Of a DNA stretch of 64,000 nt, positions 54,281 to 64,000 are shown one piece after another (position 1 is the stretch's first letter; each line of letters opens with the position of its first letter). The notes under the pieces are model-generated. The model saw nothing but the letters and a program-made list of their open reading frames with translations, was not told where the DNA came from and ran no database searches. The translations under genes were made by a program, and so were the position numbers. This stretch comes from Octopus vulgaris (lineage: Eukaryota): positions 79,918,001 through 79,982,000 of the forward strand of contig OX597820.1 of assembly GCA_951406725.2 (NCBI GenBank), written 5' to 3'.

Positions 54281-54965
54281 TGTATGTATGTATGTATGTA
54301 TGTATGTATGTATGTATGTATGTATGTATGTATGTATGTCTGTATGCATGCATGTGTGTGTGTGTATGTATGTATGTATGTATGTATATGTGGATACATG
54401 TGTGTGTATGTATGTGCGTATGTATGTATTTATGTGTGTGTGTATGCATATATGTGCGTGAGTGTATTTCTGTATGTATATATATATATATATATATGTA
54501 TGCATGCATGAGTGTGTATGTATGTATGCATGTGTGTGTATGTATGTATGTGTATGTATGTAATGTATGTATGTTCGTATTGTTCTTATGTATAAATATA
54601 TGTATGAAGTATGTATGATGTAAGTATGTATGTATGTATGTATGTATGTATGTATGTATATATGTATGCATGTATGATATTATGATGGAATAATTTCAGG
54701 ATATAATTGCGAACAAAATATATTGTACAATGATGACTTGGATAATATTTTCTTTACTCAAGATAAGCAAATGTATACAAGTATATGCAAAACGACCACG
54801 CAATCACACAGAAATACTCACATAATGCCTTACCGCGCATATTTGGCCATATATAATATTTACATACATATATGTTTGCATACAGATGTAAACACACGCG
54901 CACAAACGCACACATGTATATACTCACAGGTATACATAAATATATATAAACACACATACCTACGT

Positions 54966-55006
<41 letters not shown>

Positions 55007-55599
55007 ATCCGGTGGTATTATGCAAAAGTGTCATAAGTTCAAAACGTTGCTTTTTAGAAAACGAAAAAATAGTTTTACATTAGCAACAGTTTCTGCCTAA
55101 TAATAATACTTTGTTGGGTGCATAAAATCATAACTCCATCCATGTATGATGTTTTCAGTCAGAAATATTTTTGGAAAACTGTTGTATGTGGGACATATTC
55201 CTGTTCTGAAAAATGCTAAACCGTTGTACTATAGGAGTAAAGATCATTTGTCAGCATAACATGGCAGTCCTGGTTTAGGACGAATGTTACTGTAATTCAG
55301 CCTCAGGAGACATCGTCTCCAGCTGGCTATACTACACGATCTGTGTCCCGATGTTTTCGAATAAGGGAATCTAGCACCCCGCCACTCAGCTCAAAATAAT
55401 ATCTGTGTATCGCGATTTCTGGGTTATTTCCCTTCACCAGTACAAAATAACTGTTCGGCTAGAGGTGGCGCTGCCAAATTCCCGTTCGAAATATATAGTA
55501 GTGGATAGAGATATATAAATAAAGAGATATAAATAGATAGAGCGTGATGGATAGAGAGATATAGATAGAGAGATATAGGCGTCACTGAGGCTAGAAAAT

Positions 55600-55885
55600 A
55601 TTTTAAAAACTTTTTAAAAAGTGAATCTAATATAAAAAGCAATATTTAAAATTTTTTTTATGACCAATGGATGTAAGGGAGACAATCAATTTCTGAAAGT
55701 TACTTCGCAAAGAGTCACCTCCCTTATCTACGTAACCCAGGAACGGCTGTTTTCTGCACCAGGGGTCCCGTTACTCATTATGTGAAACATTTTTTGAGTC
55801 TAAAACCATCCCTGGTGGATAAATAATAAGTGTTCCCAGTTTGGAGAAAATCAGTTGAAAAATACGGCTGTTATAATCTTTATAC
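55600..55885 (-). mobile_element. Possible Helitron/Helentron-type non-autonomous element fragment
   Basis: Minus strand: GTCT/GTGT tract followed by 'tataacagccgtatttttcaactgattttctccaaactgg', an architecture similar to 1-185. Confidence 0.35.
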
Positions 55886-55891
55886 ACACAC

Positions 55892-55952
<61 letters not shown>

Positions 55953-56329
55953 TAGATAGATAGATAAATAAGCAGACAGATAGATAGATAGGTAGGTGGG
56001 TAGATGGATAGATAAACAGATAGATAGGTAGACAGACAGACAGTATGGCATATATATGTATATACATAGTTAGATGCATGGGTGGATGGCTGCATGGTTG
56101 GATAGATAAACAATTGGATAGAGAGATGAATAGATAGCTATTTAGATAGATATTTAAATAGGTAAATAGATAGATGTTAAAATAGATAAATAGACAGACA
56201 GACAGATAGATAGATAGATGGATAGATAGATAGACAGAGATAGAGAGATAGATATATGCAGTGCCCATAATAGATTAATATCTTCCTTCCTTTTCTCGCT
56301 CTACTCCGCATTGCTCAGCACGTGTTTGT

Positions 56330-56925
56330 ACTCGTTAAGTGCACAAATGCTTCAGATTGTATCCAACCCAGGTCCCAATGCCTTTCCATTACCCCCTAAT
56401 GAGATACTCCAGAACTACAATTCACATCAAAAATTTTTAGTCTTCTTTTCTGTCTGTCCTTGTCGAGGGACATCTGCCGATCTTTGGAATCATGCTATAA
56501 CGTCTTCCATTCCTATGAATGACAAACATTCTGACATTCAAAGCCTCGTCCTATCACAGTCCCGTCCAACATCTCAAGAGAGACGGTGACAGCCATTTGC
56601 AACAACCTACTCTCACACCTTGAATATCTTGCTCTTCTTGATGACCACTCGTACAGTTTTCATAAAGCCACATCTATTGGACTGGAAGCCAACTCTCCTA
56701 TGCCATTTAGCTTTTTCCTCTCGCCCTCGAGAAATTTGATGAAAACATTGTTGTTGAAAGTTTCAATTACACGAGTCATTTGGAAAAAATTCCCGCTTAG
56801 AATCTCCTTCCGTTTCCTGATCTACTGGATCGGTGACTTCCTTTCACATCATATTATCGCACCTAGTTCAGAGGGAGAATTCACTGATCCGCACTGTATT
56901 AGATACAGTGTGCTTCAGGGCACTC
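56330..56925 (+). pseudogene. Decayed CR1/L2/Jockey-group RT fragment
   Basis: LWNHAITSSIP..HSD..RPI..NNLLSHLE..LLDDHSYSFHK..WIGDFLS..SVLQG resembles WKxAxVxPIPK..YRPI..QYGFR..GVPQG. Confidence 0.72.
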
Positions 56926-57290
56926 ATGCACGCGCGCGCGCAACCAGCCACTGTTATTGCTGAAGTTTTCCTATTTTACCTTTCTACAACTTCCTGCTTT
57001 TAGATATCCGATTTCTATTTTTTGTCAAATATAGCCAGTTCATTTTTCCATCTCTTTGAGTGTCACACCCTTTGTATACATACATATGTATTTGTGTGCA
57101 TACACACACACATACACACACACATATATTTATGATAACATGAGATGTAGCGTGCTAAACGCAATAAGCTATAAACTTTCAATTAATTAAAACTAATTAA
57201 CTAAATATAGAATGCAGTGACGAGTGAGCTTATGATTTAGTGATATGGCTGCAATGAATTACCTCAAGAGACCTTTCTGCGCACTAAATA

Positions 57291-57775
57291 TTGGGTCATC
57301 CCATAAATAATGCGTTTTTATTTTTTACTTCTTTCATTTTTCAAAATTAAGATAAACAAAGTTCGTTTCTAATCTAAAATATACTCTCCTTCATTTTCTA
57401 CAATGCTCGTCCATCTATCTGGTAGAGTTGTAAGACTCCTCTTCGAAACATCACTTGTCCGTGAGGAAAAATACTCCTCCAGTGCTGTTCTGACCTCGTC
57501 TACGGAATTCATATTTTTCCGTCCAAATGATTTTGAAGACAGCGGAATAAAGGATAATCAGATAAGGCAATGTCCGGCGAATGTGGTGGGTGGGGTATCA
57601 TTTCCCAAAGAAACTTTTGCAGCCTTTGGAATGCCATCCTCGCTGTATGTGACCGAGGATTATCCTGATGAAAGAACACCTTTCGTTTTGAAACCAAAGA
57701 TGGTTGTTTTCGTTCTAGCAGTGACTTAAGCCGCTCAAGCTCCTTGGCAGTAGATCTCTTTTGTTATCATTTGGT
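57291..57775 (-). mobile_element. Mariner 3' half with one TIR
   Basis: FHQDNPRSH..IPHPPHSPDIALSDYPLF; TA|TTGGGTCATCCCATAAATAATGCG terminus. Confidence 0.85.
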
Positions 57776-57791
57776 TCGGGTTTTAAATTTC

Positions 57792-57950
57792 AAGGAATGA
57801 GAACCCAGGTTCGAAATTTCCCCAAGACACCTGATGAAGGCTGGAGGGTATATCAGCAGAAACGTTGTCTTAACAACAAACAAGATGAAGACAAATATCC
57901 GTCAAATGTAAATAATGAACATAATTCCTCATCTCTTAAATATAAAACTG
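57792..57950 (+). mobile_element. Penelope-like terminal repeat with hammerhead motif, family E copy 2
   Basis: ACAC-CTGATGA-A-GGCTG(10 nt)CAGCA-GAAAC-GTT-GTCT at 57827-57870. Confidence 0.7.
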
Positions 57951-58376
57951 GAACACCACAGAGGAATCGATGTAAGCTTAAATAATAATCCACGATAGGT
58001 GAAACACGGTGTGGTGAGAGATTACTGCATGTCATTTTTCTGTTCTAAAGTTTTCTAACAACAAAGAGGAAAATTGTGAAGTCAATATCATTGGCACAAT
58101 AATGTAAAATATTAAAAGGCAATTAATTAAAAATTTTCTTATAATGAGAACAAAAGTCATAAGCTTAATGACTAAAATCTGTTGTAGAAACGAACCCAGA
58201 AGTAAGTTAATTACTATTAATTAAAACTGGAATGTAGGCGCTCTGTGGAGTTTAGCCGATGGTTTGTTGTATTGTGACGACACTGAAGATTTGTGAGCAG
58301 AAAGTTCTTAATCTTATTAACAAATCTGAAAGCATATGGGAAATACTATGTGCTCTCTCTCCCTCTGTATGTGTGT

Positions 58377-58419
<43 letters not shown>

Positions 58420-58450
58420 ATATTTCCTTCAAATAATATATATATGTATA

Positions 58451-58843
58451 TCTTTATATATAAAAGTGAAGTTGTGTGTCTGTCTCCTACGATTTAGATT
58501 CCTAACTACTTCCACATTTTGCGGTGCAGTTTAACCAAAACCGGGTATCTTATAGTCGTGATTCATATCGAGCCCTTCTGGGTGTTAGCGCGCGTCTACG
58601 ATAAGTCTACGATTAAAAAAAAATTACCACCATTTTTTCCATTTTAATACATTTTTTCGCTATTATATAAGGGAAGTAACTCTCTAAAAATGTCTACGAT
58701 GAGTCAACGATTTAAAAAAAATTTACCATCATTTTTTTTCCATTTTTAATGCATTTTTTTGCTATTTTTGGGCTATAATTCTCTAAAAATGCTTATATAG
58801 TTATTTCCCTTACAAACCCGAGCAACGCCGGGCGATACTGCTA

Positions 58844-58844
<1 letters not shown>
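58451..58844 (+). mobile_element. Complete non-autonomous Helitron (394 bp)
   Basis: A|TC start; subterminal hairpin CCCGAGCAACGCCGGG; CTAG|T end; no TSD; internal ~90-bp duplication. Confidence 0.9.
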
Positions 58845-58901
<57 letters not shown>

Positions 58902-59069
58902 GTATGTATGTATCTTTGCTTATATACAGAGAAAGAGAGAGAATCTAAACATTCACGCGCACACACATCATTAATTTCATATATATGGATATGTAGGAAC
59001 GTATATGTAAGTATATATATATATTTCTACATACAAACACACAATTATTTACATATCTGCTCTCACTCG

Positions 59070-59146
<77 letters not shown>

Positions 59147-60088
59147 ATAATCTTGCGTGTGTTTGGTCCTTTATCTTAAATATCTTTCAAACAAATCTCC
59201 TTAATGTTTTACGAAATGTCATGTTAGTTCCAATCGCACATCATTGATTTCATTTCAGAGAATACATAATAATTGCAACAATTTAAGCCACACTTTGTTT
59301 GTACCTGATGAACTATTTTCATTTATCTTGCGATGAAAGAGAGAGAGAAGGAGAGAATATTTTCAACTGTTCTCATTATTTTTCACTCTTCAACGCAAAT
59401 TTTTGCTCTACATTTTCTTTCTATATTGATTCACTGCTTTTCGTTAGTTCTTCCTATTTCTATAAATATAATGATACAACTCTAAATCCTAAGCTTTATG
59501 TCAAGCAAAGAAGCTAAACAGAAGAGATATTGAAAGCCGTGTTTACATCATCGACGCCAAAATAAAAAAAGTCGATAATCAGAATATAGCATTTTGATAA
59601 AATGTAGGATTATTTTATTTTTTAAAAAATTTTATTTTATATTTTTAGTCATAAATTTCATTAATTAACGTCAACTGGTCTTGCTGAATTAGACGAAGAT
59701 AGACAGAAATAATGAATATAAATATAAATCGTGTGTTTTCTGAATCTAAATATGAAATTAAATAGAGAGTCATTATCCTTGTAAAGATGAGAAATATAGC
59801 GAAAATGTTTCGTAGGAGATGATTGATAGATGTATAAATACGCACATTCCTAAATTTTTAAATACACACGTCCAGATTCATCCATAAACCTATCTATCCG
59901 TTCATTCATAAGTATGGATACATCATATACGGTGTGTGTGCGTAGGTATTTGAAAGCATTGAAGTAATTCACTTGACTTAAAGAAATAAACAAACTGATC
60001 GCCGCGAGATAGAATATGGCTAAATAGACTATTGTTAATACGAAGCAGCAAATATATTTAATGAGTAGTGAGTGAAATGCATACACAT

Positions 60089-60160
<72 letters not shown>

Positions 60161-60216
60161 ACATAGAGAGAGAAAGAGATAGATAGATGGATAGTTAGAT
60201 AGATATAGATATAGAT

Positions 60217-60362
60217 AAGAAGCTTGCTTCCCTACCACATGGTTCCGGGTTCAGTCCCTCTGCGTGGCACCTTGGGCAAGTGTCTTCTACTATAGCATCA
60301 GGCCGACCAAAGCCTTGTGAATGAATTTGGTAGACGGAAACTGAAAGAAGCCTTTCGTATAT
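60217..60362 (+). mobile_element. SINE family A, 5' half
   Basis: B box GGTTCAGTCCC and core CCTTGGGCAAGT. Confidence 0.85.
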
Positions 60363-60449
60363 ACTATATATACATGCTTAGAGAAAGATATTTTCAAAAA
60401 GTTAAGATAAAAAAAAAACGTTTTAGCGAGTAGAATTGTACTAACCTTT

Positions 60450-60595
60450 AGGAATATGCAATTTCACAAATTGCATATCTTTACTGTTCCACAGATTGCA
60501 CTTGTAATGTACGAATTAGCCGGCCGATTTCTCTTTTTAAAATCCCAGTTTATCCAGATTTTCCTTTAAGCAATTAATAAAAAAAAACCTAATAA
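60450..60595 (-). mobile_element. Fragment of the RLE element at 62963-63408
   Basis: Matches 63070-63215. Confidence 0.7.
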
Positions 60596-60619
60596 ATATG
60601 AAAGCACTTTCAGTTCTCA

Positions 60620-60703
<84 letters not shown>

Positions 60704-60707
60704 ACAC

Positions 60708-60811
<104 letters not shown>

Positions 60812-60877
60812 TCGTCATATGCAGGATGAACAGTGTGGATGAAAACGATGATTTTCGTAATTATTCAGGTGGTCCCT

Positions 60878-61445
60878 GAAGTTATAAACAAGATTTTCGG
60901 TCCTCGTTAGGTTCGTTATTCTTGTGTGTTTCTGGTTGACGAAACTCAAAGATAGCGAAACACTGGATGCCTATGAGTCCCTTGCACTAATGAATCGAGT
61001 GTGTTATAAAGACACATTCGTTGTAGAGAAGAAAATGGGTTTTCTCTAATAAAACATACCAGCGATTAGCATGTCCACGTTCGAATATGCGGGAACGTGT
61101 TAAGAATAAATGTACATGTCATTGTTTTGATTCTCAGCGATGACCATGCATTTGACGATTTATAATTTGTTGTCAGATATCAGCAAGGTTCAGCAAGAAG
61201 TTTGTTTGCTGAAGTTATAAACAAGACCATCGGCTCTTGTTAAATTCATTTGTCCAGGTGCCTTTCGCTGAAGAGGCACATTGACGTCGAAATGTCGGAT
61301 GTTTCTGAGTCTCTTGCACTAATTAATCGAGTGTTACGAACAGGCATTCGTCGTAGAGGAAAAGTTGTTCTCCCGTGACGAAACTCGAAAGCGATTAGGA
61401 TATTCACGTTCGAATCTGCCAGAACGTACCAAGAATAAATATGCA
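60878..61445. repeat. Diverged tandem duplication, period ~333 bp
   Basis: GAAGTTATAAACAAGA at 60878 and 61211; further shared blocks CTTGCACTAAT.AATCGAGTGT, AGCGATTAG, CACGTTCGAAT, AAGAATAAAT. Confidence 0.8.
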
Positions 61446-61531
61446 AATTATCGTAGAGAAATATAGCTTAACTTAAACTAGATACTCAACACAATTTTCT
61501 AAAAGGGAATCCGTATGTATATATATATATA

Positions 61532-61588
<57 letters not shown>

Positions 61589-61642
61589 ATGTGTGTGTGT
61601 GTATGTGTGTGTGTGTGTACTATTGTATTACTATTATTTTTA

Positions 61643-61722
<80 letters not shown>

Positions 61723-61723
61723 G

Positions 61724-62147
61724 AGTGAGAGAGCAGTTCATGCCATCAAAGTGACACTGGGGTAAAATATACGAAGCCCAATATACCCATCATGACTACC
61801 CGTCTGATAAGGGCACACCAGGCACATGCATCACAACCATATGTGCGCGACATGGTGATCTCATATCAAGATAAACAGCACATGACCTTGCAGGTGGGGC
61901 CCAGTTAGAATTTTCTTCAGGTTTGTTTAAGGATGTTGAAAGAACCACCCATGTTTCCAGAGGTGAATTATTCAAACCCCAAAGAAACCCTCTCAACACA
62001 TGACTATGATGCTTCCCCACTACTTCTGCTCATGATCAGAGATGCGCATATCGTCAGCCACTAAGGGACATGCTCAACTGGTTAAGGTCAAACAACTGAC
62101 AAGCAAATCTGTGGTATTGAGCAGAATATTTGCTGTAGTCCATCTTT
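61724..62147 (-). mobile_element. Truncated copy of the TAA-associated non-coding element
   Basis: Reverse complement of about 4614-5078; (TTA)n on both sides. Confidence 0.75.
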
Positions 62148-62148
62148 T

Positions 62149-62428
<280 letters not shown>

Positions 62429-62429
62429 C

Positions 62430-62929
62430 TAGCACTGTGAATCACTGAATGGGCAATGAATCAGGAACTGAAATCTCAGCCACATTCGACGTTGTCTCCA
62501 AACTTGCGAAGACACTGATGCGCAGTTGTGTCTGTGTCTTTGACTTCCTTTGAAACTAAGCCTGTCTTGTAGAAAGTGCAGACTTACTGCATGGGCAAAT
62601 GTTGGTATTTTAGGCATGCGCCCTGGAGACGGCACATCACGGCGATCTTCAGACTCATTCTGAAGTAAGACTGCAAGTTCAGTTCCATGATCTGCTCTGG
62701 TCACACACGCCGTACATCTTCTGCTGAAGTACAGTCGATGTTTAGAAGATGATGACTTGGTTTTGCCTTACTGGTCTGGACATATTCTTGAGTGTGAATG
62801 CCTAACAACAGACAGGCAGTATTTGTTAAAACGAAAGAGGGGGGTCAAACACGATAACTAACTGACAGCCATCATATATGTATGTATACAAGAGGTAGCC
62901 AGATTCTGCTTAAGGAGTAGACAACCACC
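62430..62929 (+). mobile_element. Decayed RTE-like 3' fragment (to 62873) plus a second short RTE-like 3' terminus (62892-62929)
   Basis: SLTSFETKP resembles RTE C-terminal SLKSFDIxP; termini ..GACAGCCATC and ..GACAACCACC are followed by ATGT-type tails. Confidence 0.45.
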
Positions 62930-62962
62930 ATGTGTGTGCATGTGTATGTGTGTGTGTGTATG

Positions 62963-63408
62963 TCTCTCCTATTTTTTAATCATTATAAATCTTCCATTGA
63001 GGTGGAAGCCGGTTTCCAACAAAGATACAACGCTCTATCTTTGGGATGTATTTAACATAGACAAATTCACATTTGGAACTTGAGAAAAGTCTTGCATATT
63101 TTTATTGTTCTACTTACTGATCGCACTTGTAACGTACGAATTAGCCGGTCGATTTCTCTTTCTGAAAATCCCAGTTTATCTAGATTTTCCTTTAAGCATT
63201 TACTAACAAAACCTAGTGCTCCAATAATTATTGGTATGAATATGAATTCATAGTTTGGATAAAGAAGCAGGAGGTTTCGAAGCAGTTGTCGATAGATATC
63301 CTCTTTTTCTTTGATTTTCAAAGAGATATTTATGTCTGCTGCGCAGCTGACCTCTATGACGGTATTTACCTTTGCCCCACTGTCTCAACCTAAAATATCC
63401 GGCCTTTT
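62963..63408 (-). mobile_element. 5'-truncated RLE-type retrotransposon, second subfamily
   Basis: HKRPDILG*DSGAKVNTVIEVSCAADINISLKIKEKEDIYRQLLRNL..FIPIIIGALG..IKICKTFLKFQM*; 5' flank (TACA)n; 3' end GAC|ATACAC. Confidence 0.82.
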
Positions 63409-64000
63409 ATGTATGTATGTATGTATGTATGTATGTATGTATGTATGTATGTATGTATGTATGTATGTATGCATGCATGCATGCAAGTACGTATGTATGA
63501 ATGTAAGTATGTGTTTGCATGTATGTATGTATGAATGTATGAGTGTATGTATATATGTATTTCGGTATGAATGAATGTATGTAAGAATGTGTGTATGTAT
63601 ATTTATGAATGTATATATGTATAGATATATGAATGAATACATGCATGTATGTTTGTATTTACGTATGTATGCATGAATGAATTAATGTATGTATTTATGA
63701 TGTATGTATTTGTCTTGAACATGAATCTACAGTGCAGCAGTATGCATGTATGTGTATGTGTGCATATGTGTATGTGTGCATACGTGTATGTGTGTGCGTA
63801 TGTGTATATGCATGTGCGTATGTGTATATGTGTGTTTGTCGGCGAGAAATATATACATCAACGTACACAAAGAAAATTATCGACAAACTGATAGGTCAGA
63901 CAAAAATTCCTGGCGATGTTTATTCCATCCGAATTGCACAGACAGTCTATTTCAACCTTTGCTCTCAGGAAATACAGCGCTTTTGTTCATAAAATGTATC

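Noticed and set aside
55455-55475. CTCF-like motif AGGTGGCGCTG (also near 33780)
   Set aside because: Only the 3' half matches, and it lies within a repeat; no support from sequence alone.
56360-56395. GGTCCCAATGCC, resembling a twister ribozyme motif
   Set aside because: It corresponds to the PGPDGIP-like codons of the RT fragment; other twister elements are absent.
59306-59345. CTGATGA...GAAA hammerhead-like words (similar CTGATGA near 4724 and 50845)
   Set aside because: No stem II or stem I pairing; expected by chance.
60878-61445. Cadherin/protocadherin repeats (333-bp period; ISARDS resembles AxDxG)
   Set aside because: No DxNDN, LDRE or PxF motifs and no sustained open frame.
62430-62873. 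Minus-strand 5' end of the TACA-associated RLE element with an N-terminal zinc finger
   Set aside because: Plus-strand reading as an RTE-like 3' end fits better; the orientation is not fully settled.

Overview
No host protein-coding gene, genuine tRNA/rRNA gene or CRISPR array is supported. This is AT-rich, microsatellite-saturated eukaryotic intronic or intergenic DNA. By inference from the SINE families and simple-repeat load it is most likely a coleoid cephalopod (Octopus). Almost all of the supplied ORFs are microsatellite translations. The real content is a transposable-element graveyard: about 30 tRNA-derived SINE copies from three families; one near-full-length decayed mariner plus three other mariner remnants; a deleted hATm-like element; Helitron pieces; MITE-like palindromes; fragments of R4/Dong-type, RTE, CR1/Jockey-type and L1-like LINEs; and a decayed Penelope-like RT. 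Three signals stand out. (i) At least 11 minimal hammerhead-ribozyme-like motifs sit in short Penelope-type elements, including a five-copy family with a non-canonical CUGU-N-GA core. (ii) A restriction-like-endonuclease retrotransposon group is repeatedly embedded in (TACA)n, with 5' junctions at ACATA microhomology. (iii) Different retroelement families appear to partition different microsatellite types. All family names come from motif recognition by eye, not database searches. Coordinates of decayed elements are approximate.
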